Assembly (NCBI GenBank): GCA_963725175.1
Contig: CAVRXH010000006.1
Span: 5,939,580 to 6,003,579, forward strand
From: an uncultured Actinomycetota bacterium
GTDB taxonomy: Bacteria > Actinomycetota > Actinomycetes > Streptosporangiales > Streptosporangiaceae
DNA: 64,000 bases
Direction: 5' to 3'
The notes beneath the pieces are model-generated. The model was given only the letters and a program-made list of their open reading frames with translations. It ran no database searches and was not told the DNA's origin. Each line of letters starts with the position of its first letter. Position 1 is the first letter of the stretch. This document shows positions 28,357 through 36,950 of this stretch, one piece after another. Position numbers and translations under genes: made by a program.

Positions 28357-28605
28357 TAATCCACTCTAAGCCGCATTTCTTATTCGCGCGGTCCTGATAG
28401 CCGCTGACGTGGCCGGATCTGAATAAGTCGGGCCTGGTTCATATTCTCGGTATATGAGATTTACTGCGGTGATAATGCGCCTGGTAATTGCACTCCGACC
28501 GCCGCCCGGCAATTTCGCGCGTCCTTGGCTTATCAGGAGGGCTGGCCTGCCGCCGTGAGCAGCCCGCTCAGGGTGCCTGCCGTGCCGGAGGCCGGGACGC
28601 GCGGC

Positions 28606-28974
28606 TCAGCCGCGGTCGTGGAGGGTCACCTGGTAGCCGTCGGGGTCGGCGAACGTGAAAGTGCGGCCGAACGGCCCGTCGGCGGGCGCTGAGATGATCG
28701 TCGTGCCGGCGGCGGCGAGGGCGTCGTGGATGTCCTGCGCGTCGGGGGCGTGCAGCCACAGCGCCATTCCCTGGCCCGGCTGGGCGATCGCGTCCAGGTC
28801 GGTGCCCGCGATGACGTCGCGGACGGCGAGCGCGATCGGCCTGGTTTCGAACACGACGGCGTGCGGCGGTCCCGCCTCGGAGCGCTTCAGCCCCAGGTAC
28901 CGCTCGTAGAAAGCGGCGGAGCGCTCCAGGTCGCGCACCTGCAGTGAGATGAAGTCGGGTCCGGTGACGGCCAC
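28606..28974 (-). CDS. VOC/glyoxalase-family protein
   Basis: GTG 28974 follows a GAGGAGG SD. Motifs ..FISLQVRDLERSAAFYERYLGL.. and ..FADPDGYQVTLH... Confidence 0.8.
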   Translation of the reverse strand: MAVTGPDFISLQVRDLERSAAFYERYLGLKRSEAGPPHAVVFETRPIALAVRDVIAGTDLDAIAQPGQGMALWLHAPDAQDIHDALAAAGTTIISAPADGPFGRTFTFADPDGYQVTLHDRG

Positions 28975-28995
28975 GATCGTTACCTCCTCATGGGA

Positions 28996-29039
28996 TGTCA
29001 GTCTTCTGACACACCTCACTGTATGTCAGACTACTGACA
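28996..29039. promoter_or_regulatory. Two 16-bp perfect palindromes in the VOC/MarR divergent intergenic region (candidate MarR operators)
   Basis: TGTCAGtcttCTGACA (28996-29011) and TGTCAGactaCTGACA (29024-29039). The second abuts the MarR ATG. Confidence 0.65.
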
Positions 29040-29500
29040 TGAGTCAAGGCGAGCCGGGAATCGAGCTGGGCACATCGCTGGGGTACATGCTGAAGGCGGC
29101 CGCGAGCGCCCTGCACGCTGCCCTGGAGGCCGTGCTGAGGCCGCTGGGCATGACGATCACCCACTACGCCTGCCTGGAGCTGCTTGCCCAGCGGCCGGGC
29201 CTGTCGAACTCCGAGCTTGCCCGCGGCGCCTTCGTCACCCGGCAGTCGATGAGCGTGCTCCTGCAGGCCCTCGAACGCCAGGGACTCGTTATCCGCGCGG
29301 CACGGGCACCCGTCGGCAGGGCCCTGCCCACCGAGCTGACCGCCCGCGGGCGCCGCCAGCTCACGATGGCCAGCGCCGCGGTCCGCCGCGTCGAGCAGGA
29401 CATGCTGGCCAGCCTGGACGCCAGCGAGCAAGATCAGATGCGGCTCCTGCTCACCGCGTGCATCACCGCACTGACCGAACCGCCCGCACCGGCGACGTAG
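29039..29500 (+). CDS. MarR-family transcriptional regulator
   Basis: ..LGYMLKAAASALHAALEAVLRPLGMTITHYACLELLAQRPGLSNSELARGAFVTRQSMSVLLQALERQGLV... Confidence 0.85.
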   Translation: MSQGEPGIELGTSLGYMLKAAASALHAALEAVLRPLGMTITHYACLELLAQRPGLSNSELARGAFVTRQSMSVLLQALERQGLVIRAARAPVGRALPTELTARGRRQLTMASAAVRRVEQDMLASLDASEQDQMRLLLTACITALTEPPAPAT

Positions 29501-29600
29501 CTGCCCCGGAATCTACGACTCTGTCGGCCGGCCAGCTCACCAAGGCCGGCGCGCGCCGCCTGACGACCCTGCTCGAACGCGTCCTGGTGCGAGCGGCAGG

Positions 29601-30484
29601 CTAGATAACGGCCAGGTCGAGAGCGGCCAGCCTGGCCCGGTCAGCGATCAGCTCGTAGCCGCTGATCTTCTCGCCCTCGATGGTGACGGCCAGGGCCAGC
29701 AGCAGCCGGCCGCGCGGGGCGACCAGGAGGCCGGCCGCGCCGTTGATCAGGGCCAGCTCGGCGACGGCGGCGTTCTGGCCGAACGCGGCGATCTCCCTGG
29801 CCACCACACCCGCGCCGCGGACCTCGGCCGGCCAGCCGCCGGCATCGCCACCCGGTCGGCGCGGCGGACCACGTCCGGGGCCAGCACCGCCAGCACCGCG
29901 TCCACGTCGCCGGCCCGCGACGCGGCCAGGAACGCCTCCACCATCCGGCGGTGCCTGGCCAGCTCGGCGGCGGGCACCGCCGGCCTGCCGCGAACCTTCT
30001 GCCGCGCCCGGCTGGCTAGCTTCTTCGCCGCGGCCGCCGTCTTCCCGACCACCGGGGCGATCTCCCCGAACGGCACGGCGAGCATGTCATGCAGCACGAA
30101 CGCGACCCGCTCGTCCGGGCTGAGCGCATCCAGCACCACCAGCAGCGCGCGGCCCGCCTCCTCGGCCAGCACCGCCTCCCGCTCGGGATCGCCGGCCGCC
30201 GCGGCGGCTCCCGGTCCGGCCGCGTCGGCGGGCATCTCGCCCGCCAGGTCCTCCCGCCGCGCCGCGCGGGCGCGCAGCATGTCCAGGCAGATGCGGGACG
30301 CCGTGGTCCGCAGCCAGCCGCCCAGGCTGGCGATCTCGCCGACGTCGGCGCGCTCCAGCCGCAGCCAGGTCTCCTGGACCGCGTCCTGCGCCTCCTCCAG
30401 CGAGCCGAGCATCCGGTAGGCGACGCCCTGGAGCTGCCCGCGCCGCGACTCGAAGTCCCTCGCCAGCGCCTCGCGCTCGTTCAC
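29601..30484 (-). pseudogene. ECF-type RNA polymerase sigma-70 factor with a SnoaL-like C-terminal domain; frame broken near 29836-29850
   Basis: ORF 29747..30484 carries sigma regions 2 and 4 (..AQDAVQETWLRL.., ..LSPDERVAFVLHDMLAVPFGEIAPVVGKT..). The C-terminal domain continues in ORF 29601..29807 (..VAREIAAFGQNAAVAELALINGAAGLLVAPRGRLL..). The junction reads GWPAEVRGAG in the second frame, within the run ggccggccagccgcc. Confidence 0.8.
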
Positions 30485-30546
30485 CGGTCACCTCTGCTCC
30501 TTCGGGCCCGTCAATAGTAGGGAGCCCGCGGAGGAGGACATTGATC

Positions 30547-31209
30547 ATGGAGGTCCACGAGGCGGTACTGAGCCGCCGGGCGGTGCGCGGTTTCACCAGC
30601 GAGCCGGTTCCGGCGGGCGTGCTGGAGCGGGTGCTGGCCGTCGCCGCCCGCGCGCCATCCGGCGGAAACCTGCAGCCCTGGCACAGCTACGTGCTCACCG
30701 GGCCATCGCTGGCCGAGCTCAAGAAGCGCGTCGGCGAGCGGCTGGCGGCAGGCGACGCCGGCGACGAGCGCGAGTTCGAGATGTACCCGGCCGGGCTGGA
30801 GCCGCCATACCGGGAACGCCGCGCCGCCGCCGGGGAGCAGCGGTACGCGGCGCAGGGCATCGCCCGCTCCGACCGGGCCGGCCGCGCGCGGGCGGTGGCC
30901 GCGAACTGGGACTGCTTCGGCGCGCAGGCCGCGCTGTTCTGCTACATCGACCGCGGCATGGGCCGGCCCCAGTGGGCCGATCTCGGCATGTACCTCCAGA
31001 CCGTCATGCTGCTGCTGCGAGCCGAGGGCCTGCACAGCTGCCCGCAGCTGGCCTGGACGGTGTACCGGACGTCAGTCGCGGAGGTGGCGACGCCGCCGCC
31101 GGGGCTGCTGATGTTCTGCGGCATGTCGATCGGCTACGCCGACCCGGCCGCCCCCCGCCCCCGCATCACCCGCGCCCCCCTAGCCGAGACAGTCACCTTC
31201 CTGAACTAG
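30547..31209 (+). CDS. Nitroreductase-family protein
   Basis: ..AVLSRRAVRGFTSEPVP..VLAVAARAPSGGNLQPW.. The ORF opens at 30541, with an ATG at 30547. Confidence 0.8.
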   Translation: MEVHEAVLSRRAVRGFTSEPVPAGVLERVLAVAARAPSGGNLQPWHSYVLTGPSLAELKKRVGERLAAGDAGDEREFEMYPAGLEPPYRERRAAAGEQRYAAQGIARSDRAGRARAVAANWDCFGAQAALFCYIDRGMGRPQWADLGMYLQTVMLLLRAEGLHSCPQLAWTVYRTSVAEVATPPPGLLMFCGMSIGYADPAAPRPRITRAPLAETVTFLN

Positions 31210-31279
31210 CCAGCCCGGGTCGGTGCCGTCCCGGCAGGCGGGGCCGGCTGGCGGCAAAGCCGCGTCGGCGCACGGCGGG

Positions 31280-32722
31280 TTACCGGGGCGCGGGGGTCTC
31301 CGGGGCGTCGGGGACGGCGTGCAGGCCGGGCGGCGCGGTGGCGGGCGGCTGGGCCGGGGGGTCCGCTGCTGGCTCGGGCGCCGTCTCGGGTCCGGCGGCC
31401 GGGGTGACGGCCGCAGCCTCGGTGACGGCCGGGTCGGCGGCGGGCAGCTCGGGGACGGGGACCGCGCCGCCGGCTGCGGTGTCCGCGGGCAGCGTCCCGG
31501 CGGCGCGGTTCGCGCCCGCCGTCGCGGACCTGAGCGTGTCCAGGATGGTCAGGCCCTGGCCGACCAGGCCGGTCATGACCTGGCCGACGCCCTCGGTGCC
31601 GTTCAGGATGGTCAGGTTCGAGGCAGCGATGCCCTGCGCCGCGGAACCGACCAGCGACGGCAGGCTGTCCACGATGGCGGCGGCCGCCAGCAGCTCCTGA
31701 TGCCCGCCGGCCAGCGACGCGGCCCGCAGGTTGTTGGCGTCGGCCTGGGCCATCGCCGTCGCCCGCTGAGCATAGGCCTCGGCGTCCGCGCGGATCCGGG
31801 CGGCCTGCGCTTCCGCCCCGGCCAGGGTCGTCTGCCGGAACGCCTCGCCCTCGGCGGTGAACTTGGCCCGGTCCCTGGCGGCCTCGGCCAGCGCGCGCTG
31901 CTTGTACGCCTCGGCGTCGGCCGGGCGGCGAACCTCGGCCTCCAGCCGCTGCGCGGCCAGGTCGGCGCGGCGCTGGGCGAGCATGGTCTGCTGCTCGATG
32001 ACCTCCTGCGAGGCGCGGGCCTCGGCCAGCGGCCCGGACTGCGCGGCCCTGGCCTTGGCCTCCTCGGTCTCGGCCTGGAACCCGGACACCTTGATGGCCA
32101 GGTCGCGCTCGTACAGCGCCTTCATCGCGGCGGCCTGCTGCTCCTGCTCGGCGGCCTCCTGGTCGGCGCGCGCCCGCGCGATGCGGGCCTGGCTGGCCAC
32201 CGAGGCGGCGTGCGGCGCTGACAGGTTGTTGATGTACCCGGACAGGTCCTCGATCTCCTGGATCTCCAGGGCGTCCACCACGATGCCGAGCTTCTCCATC
32301 TCGGCGTGGCTGCCCTCCTTGATCTCCTGCGCCACCCGGTCCCGCTCCCGGATGATCTGCTCCACCGTGAGCCCGCCGATGATGGACCGCAGGTGACCGG
32401 CGAACACCCGGCCGACCAGGATCTCCATCTTGTCCTGCTCCGACAGGAACCGGCGGGCGGCGTTGGCGATCGACGCCGAGTCGTCGCCGACCTTGAACGC
32501 GGCCACGGCCCGGACGTTCAGCCGGATGCCCTGGCTGGTGATGCAGTCCTCGACGATCTCCGCCTCGCGCAGGGCCAGGGACAGCACCCGGGCCTGGCGG
32601 ACGACGGGCACCACGAAGCTGCCGTGGCCGGTGATGATCCGGAACTGGGTGTCCTGCCGGCGTCGCTTCGACCCGGAGATCAGCAGCGCTTCATTGGGTG
32701 CCGGGACATGCCAGAAAAACAT
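31280..32722 (-). CDS. Flotillin / SPFH (band 7) domain protein
   Basis: ATG 32722 (MFFWHVPAPNEALLISG..). An SPFH domain is followed by a long Ala/Glu/Gln/Arg coiled-coil flotillin region and an Ala/Pro-rich tail. Confidence 0.85.
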   Translation of the reverse strand: MFFWHVPAPNEALLISGSKRRRQDTQFRIITGHGSFVVPVVRQARVLSLALREAEIVEDCITSQGIRLNVRAVAAFKVGDDSASIANAARRFLSEQDKMEILVGRVFAGHLRSIIGGLTVEQIIRERDRVAQEIKEGSHAEMEKLGIVVDALEIQEIEDLSGYINNLSAPHAASVASQARIARARADQEAAEQEQQAAAMKALYERDLAIKVSGFQAETEEAKARAAQSGPLAEARASQEVIEQQTMLAQRRADLAAQRLEAEVRRPADAEAYKQRALAEAARDRAKFTAEGEAFRQTTLAGAEAQAARIRADAEAYAQRATAMAQADANNLRAASLAGGHQELLAAAAIVDSLPSLVGSAAQGIAASNLTILNGTEGVGQVMTGLVGQGLTILDTLRSATAGANRAAGTLPADTAAGGAVPVPELPAADPAVTEAAAVTPAAGPETAPEPAADPPAQPPATAPPGLHAVPDAPETPAPR

Positions 32723-32745
32723 GATGGGCTCCAGGATTGGCCGTG

Positions 32746-33018
32746 CTAGGGAACCGGGGTGACGAAGACGGAGCGCGCGGACAGGCACTCCACCACCGCG
32801 ACGCGGCTGTGCCGCCGGATGGGCTCATCTGACCAGGCGGCGAACGCCTCGGTGCCGCCGCGGATGGGCAGCAGCACCTCGCCGGGACCCCCGGCCGGGA
32901 TGGAGACGGTTACCCGTCCGATGGCTCCGAGCAGGCTCTGCTCCGCGTCAGCCACGGCCCCCGACCAGCTTTCCGGCCATGTTCGCCTCGTCTTATCGCA
33001 CCGCGCCCGCCTTGCCAT
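32746..33018 (-). CDS. NfeD-like small OB-fold protein, upstream partner of flotillin
   Basis: ..LLGAIGRVTVSIPAGGPGEVLLPIRGGTEAFAAWSDEPIRRHSRVAVVECLSARSVFVTPV matches the NfeD C-terminal pattern. The real start may be GTG 32955. Confidence 0.65.
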   Translation of the reverse strand: MARRARCDKTRRTWPESWSGAVADAEQSLLGAIGRVTVSIPAGGPGEVLLPIRGGTEAFAAWSDEPIRRHSRVAVVECLSARSVFVTPVP

Positions 33019-33165
33019 TCGCGGCCTTCCCGATCATTATGCTCCCGCCGCGCGGGGCCGCTGACCGGCCGGCCTCGCGCCGGCCACCGCGCGCGGCGGC
33101 CAGGGCTAGAAGTCGACCCGCATCACGACGCGGCCTAGTGCTGGACCGGCTGGTGAGCGCCGGAG

Positions 33166-34212
33166 TTACGGGCGGGGTCCCTCGGTGGACAGCAGAACGA
33201 CGGTGGCCGACGGGCCCAGGCCGAGCCCGGCTAGCGGGAGCTCGCGGACGGCGGCCAGGGCGGCTGCCCCGCAGGGGCCGGCGGCGACCCCGTGCGCGGC
33301 GAGGTCGCCCGCCGCGATGGCCGCCTGCTCCTCGGAAACGGCGATCGCTCCCGACAGGCCGTTCCGCAGCGAAGGCCAGGCCAGGGCGGACGGCGTCGGG
33401 CAGTTCAGGCCCGCCATCCGGGTGCGGCCCGTGCTGACCGTGACCGGGCGGCCGGCCAGCAGGCTGCGGCGGACGCAGTCGGCGCTGTCCGGCTCGGCCG
33501 TGACGACGTGCGCGCGGCCCCGGTAGTGCGTGACGATCGCCTGGGCCAGCGCGCCGACCCCGGCCGGCACCACGACCAGGTCCGGGTCGGCGAGGTCGTC
33601 GATCTCGGCGGGCAGCGTGCTGTAGCCGTCCGCGATCCAGCCCGGCACCTGCGTGTACCCGTCCCAGGCGGTGTCCTGCACCAGCTCGGCGCCGGTGCCG
33701 GCGGCGCACTTGGCTGCCCGGCGCACGGCCTCGTCGTAGTCCCCGGCGACCCGGCGGATGACCGCGCCCTCGGCCGCGATGAGGTCGGCGGCCGCGTGGT
33801 CCACCGCGTCCGGCACGAAGATCTCCGACCGCGCGCCGAGCAGCGCGGCCATCCGGGCGACCGCCCGGCCGTGGTTGCCGTCCGTCGCGGCGGTGAACGC
33901 CAGGCCGGGAGGGACGACGGCGCGCAGGCTGGCCAGCGTGATCGCGTCACGGGCCAGGCCGGCGCGGCTGGCCAGCAGGCGGGCGATCGCCCAGGAGGCA
34001 CCGAGGATCTTGAACGCCGGGAGTCCGAGGCGGCACGATTCGTCCTTGGCCAGGACCCGGCCGACGCCGAGTTCGGCCGCGAGGGCGGGCAGGTCGGCGA
34101 GCGGGGTCGGCGCGTAACCGGGCAGCCGGGCGTGGAACGCGCGCACCTCCGGCCCCGGGCGCAGCGGCGGCGCGCCGCCGCGCAGGTCACGGGCCTGCGG
34201 ACGAAGGAACAT
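33166..34212 (-). CDS. PLP-dependent enzyme, diaminopropionate ammonia-lyase family
   Basis: ..LPGYAPTPLADLPALAAELGVGRVLAKDESCRLGLPAFKILGASWA.. and ..TATDGNHGRAVA... Confidence 0.75.
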   Translation of the reverse strand: MFLRPQARDLRGGAPPLRPGPEVRAFHARLPGYAPTPLADLPALAAELGVGRVLAKDESCRLGLPAFKILGASWAIARLLASRAGLARDAITLASLRAVVPPGLAFTAATDGNHGRAVARMAALLGARSEIFVPDAVDHAAADLIAAEGAVIRRVAGDYDEAVRRAAKCAAGTGAELVQDTAWDGYTQVPGWIADGYSTLPAEIDDLADPDLVVVPAGVGALAQAIVTHYRGRAHVVTAEPDSADCVRRSLLAGRPVTVSTGRTRMAGLNCPTPSALAWPSLRNGLSGAIAVSEEQAAIAAGDLAAHGVAAGPCGAAALAAVRELPLAGLGLGPSATVVLLSTEGPRP

Positions 34213-34271
34213 GGCCGCATCATCGCCGCAGAGCGATCATTCAGTCCAGTGCCGAGCCGGGCCGGCCGGGC

Positions 34272-35225
34272 TCAGAGCCCCAGCGCCTCGCTGATGTCCG
34301 CGCGCGCGAGCTGGGCCACGCACCAGGCGAAATGCCCGTCGCTGCCGTCGGAGGTGAACGCGTTGCTCGTCGCGACCGCGTAGACCGCCTGGAAGATCAG
34401 CAGCACCTCGGGCGGATAGCCAAGCTCCCTGGCGAACCGGGCCGTCAGGTCGCGGGTGATCTCCGCCGCCTGCGGCCCGTACATGTTCATGCACGCCGCC
34501 GTGATGGCCGCGTCGAGCCGGGCGTCGCCCGCCGTGGTGACGAACCCGAAATCGAGCACCGCGGTCGGCCGGGCCGCCTCGTCGACCAGGATGTTCGAGC
34601 CGAGCAGGTCGCCGTGAATCGGCACGTCCGGGCACCCGCCGAGGCCCGCCAGCCGGTCCAGCAGCGCCGCGTGGCGGCGGTCGAAGTCCGGTAGCCGGCT
34701 CCTGATGACCGGCCCGAACCTGGCGACGCGCCGGTCCAACAGCCCGCGCAGGGCCGCGGGGAAGCTGTCCGCGCCCGCCCACAGCGGCCGGTCCTCGTCC
34801 ACGACCGCCAGCTCGCGCATGCTGGCGGTGGCCGGAACCGTGGCGAGCGCGGCCAGGATGGCGGTCACGCAGGCGACCGCGGGCTCCCCTGTCTCCCGTT
34901 CCCCGGCCGCGAACCGGTGCTGCAGCTGCTCGCCGGGCAGCTTGCGCTCGTAGGTCACCGATCGGCCAGCTATCCGCTCGATGGAAAGGATCTCCGGCGT
35001 CTCGAACGGCAGCCCAGCGGCGGCCACGTCCGCGTAGAACGCCTGCATGCGCTCCAGGGTGGCGACGCCGCGCTCGCGCCAGACCTTCGCGACCAGCCCG
35101 CCGCCCAGGTCATAGATGGCGCCCTCCATCCCGGCCGCCAGCGGCGCGGGATCATGGCCCTGCCGCGCGAACCGGTCCAGCCACTGCTGGCTGTGCCGCT
35201 GCACGTTATCCGGCACGGCGGTCAC
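34272..35225 (-). CDS. Aminoglycoside/phosphotransferase-family kinase (APH fold)
   Basis: ..VAKVWR.. and catalytic IHGDLLGSNILVDEAARPTAVLDFGF. GTG 35225 follows a GGGAGGA SD. Confidence 0.8.
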   Translation of the reverse strand: MTAVPDNVQRHSQQWLDRFARQGHDPAPLAAGMEGAIYDLGGGLVAKVWRERGVATLERMQAFYADVAAAGLPFETPEILSIERIAGRSVTYERKLPGEQLQHRFAAGERETGEPAVACVTAILAALATVPATASMRELAVVDEDRPLWAGADSFPAALRGLLDRRVARFGPVIRSRLPDFDRRHAALLDRLAGLGGCPDVPIHGDLLGSNILVDEAARPTAVLDFGFVTTAGDARLDAAITAACMNMYGPQAAEITRDLTARFARELGYPPEVLLIFQAVYAVATSNAFTSDGSDGHFAWCVAQLARADISEALGL

Positions 35226-35231
35226 GTCCTC

Positions 35232-35255
35232 CCGGTGCTGGCGTGAATACTGGAG
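35232..35255. repeat. 24-nt conserved motif, copy 1 (CCGGTGCTGGCGTGAATACTGGAG)
   Basis: 23/24 identical to 41674-41697. It lies 7-30 nt upstream of the APH start, in the opposite orientation. Confidence 0.85.
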
Positions 35256-35384
35256 TTCGTGCGCCGCCTCGGTGATCCGGCCCGCCGGCGTTGATCGCGG
35301 TGCACGGCGGTCCGGCCTGGCGGTGGCCAGGTGAAACGAGCGCCCCTATCCGTGCTGCACAACGGAGCCGGGTGCCGTCACGGC

Positions 35385-35726
35385 CTAGCCGGCGGCATGG
35401 CCGATTCCGAAGGCATAGGCGAGGAAGATAACGCCGACCACGCAGGGTGCGAGGCTGATGGTCCACCCGATCGGCAGCCCGCCACCGAAGCTACCGCGCA
35501 TGCGCCCGGTCTGCGGGACCAGGCGGCAGACGATGTAGGCGGCCAATGCTGCCACCTCGATGACGCCGGACCAGGCGAGCAGCGGGCCGGCCCAGCCGCG
35601 GCTCAGCCTGATAGCCAGGATGAGCGCGAGTGGCTGGGCGATGATGCCGGCTGTTACCCCGGCCAGCCGTGCGGGGGAGACGCGGAGCACGGCCAGCGCG
35701 CTCCGCGAGCCGCTATCGCCGGCCAT
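35385..35726 (-). CDS. Small membrane protein (3-4 predicted TM segments)
   Basis: ATG 35726 overlaps the GNAT stop by 1 nt (TGATG). Sequence ..AGIIAQPLALILAIRL..VIEVAALAAYIVC..LAPCVVGVIFLAYAFG... Confidence 0.6.
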   Translation of the reverse strand: MAGDSGSRSALAVLRVSPARLAGVTAGIIAQPLALILAIRLSRGWAGPLLAWSGVIEVAALAAYIVCRLVPQTGRMRGSFGGGLPIGWTISLAPCVVGVIFLAYAFGIGHAAG

Positions 35727-36295
35727 CAGTGGCTGTCCTGCAACGCTTGCCAGTCTTCCCTGGTCAGGGCGTACTCCACCTCGCCCTGGTCCGCGCCGGG
35801 GATGTCGGGGGCATGGCCCGAGCTGTACGTCCGCGCGAACGTCAGCCCGGACTTCTCCATCACCCGGCGGGACGCCTGGTTGACCGCCATCGTGCGCGCG
35901 ATCACCCGGCGCAGGCCCTGCCGCGCGAAGCCGTGGTCGATGAGCGCCCGCGAGCCCTCCGTGCCGTAGCCCTTTCCCCATGCTGCCTTCCGCAGCCGGT
36001 AGCCCAGCTCGACTTCGCCGTCAGCGCTGTCCGGGCCCGGCCGGAAATGGAACCAGCCAAGGAACTCGCCGGTCGCCTTGTCCAGCGCGGCCCAGAAGCC
36101 CAGGCCGTCGAACCGCTCGTAGAAGCTGAGGAAAAACGGGATCACCCGGTCCCGCACCTCCTCGCGCGGCGTCGGCTGGCCGCCGGTGAGGAACCACATC
36201 ACGTCCGGGTCGGCGTTCAGCTCGACCAGCAGGTCGATGTCGGCCTCAGTGAACCGCCGCAGCACCAGCCGCTCAGTCTCCAGGAAGATGGTCAC
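35726..36295 (-). CDS. GNAT-family N-acetyltransferase (RimJ/RimL-like)
   Basis: MTIFLETERLVLRRFTEADIDLLVELNADPDVMWF.. and ..GYRLRKAAWGKGYGTEGSRALIDHGF... Confidence 0.85.
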   Translation of the reverse strand: MTIFLETERLVLRRFTEADIDLLVELNADPDVMWFLTGGQPTPREEVRDRVIPFFLSFYERFDGLGFWAALDKATGEFLGWFHFRPGPDSADGEVELGYRLRKAAWGKGYGTEGSRALIDHGFARQGLRRVIARTMAVNQASRRVMEKSGLTFARTYSSGHAPDIPGADQGEVEYALTREDWQALQDSH

Positions 36296-36353
36296 TGACC
36301 CATTATCGGCCGGTGCGGTCGCCGCGATTCCCCGGCGAGCGGGAGGTCGGCCG

Positions 36354-36764
36354 CTAAGGGAGATACAGGCAGAACGGGTGGCCGGCCGGGTCGATCATGA
36401 CCCGGACATTCTCCTGCGGCTGGTAGTCAGCCAGCACCGCGCCCGCCTCGGTGGCCCAGACGACTGCCGCGTCGAGGTCATCGGCGGCGATGTCCAGGTG
36501 CACGGTGGTGTGCTGCTTGCCCGCCTCGCTCGGCCACGTCGGCCGGATGTACTCCGCCTCGTACTCGAAGCTCAGCACCATGCCGGGCTGTCCCGCCGGC
36601 GGCCGCAGCTGCGCCCAGCCATCCTCCGGCGGGAAGCCGGGCCGCCCCGCTTCCTCAACGGCCACGGGCCAGCCGAGCAGCCGCGCGTAAAACGCGGCCA
36701 GCTCACGCGGCGCGGGCGCGCCGATCGTCACCGACGTCACGTCCAGCCGCGGTCGCCGCGTCAT
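36354..36764 (-). CDS. VOC/glyoxalase-like protein
   Basis: ..VTIGAPAPRELAAFYARLLGW.. and ..VHLDIAADDLDAAV..MIDPAGHPFCL... Confidence 0.75.
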   Translation of the reverse strand: MTRRPRLDVTSVTIGAPAPRELAAFYARLLGWPVAVEEAGRPGFPPEDGWAQLRPPAGQPGMVLSFEYEAEYIRPTWPSEAGKQHTTVHLDIAADDLDAAVVWATEAGAVLADYQPQENVRVMIDPAGHPFCLYLP

Positions 36765-36950
36765 CTCAGCGGACGCCCTGAAGATCGTGCGGAAACCTGG
36801 TCAGCATCGCGCAATCCCCTAGATGCGGCATCGGGGCGAACGTAGCACGGCCGGGGTCCAGGCAGATGAATGACTTCGCCGCGCGTGCCGTTGCCAGTCG
36901 AGGAGAATACTCAGTATGCTACTCGGCATGCTATCGAGAGTGGCCAGTTC

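Noticed and set aside
29505-29603. Short coding-looking stretch after marR (..AGQLTKAGARRLTTLLERVLVRAAG*), possibly a MarR-like gene fragment.
   Set aside because: It is about 30 codons with no start or RBS, and the resemblance is only impressionistic. It would need a similarity search.
33019-33045. Third, partial copy of the REP-like element (cccgatcattatgctccc).
   Set aside because: It shares only two short blocks, in permuted order, with the REP copies. That is too weak to call.
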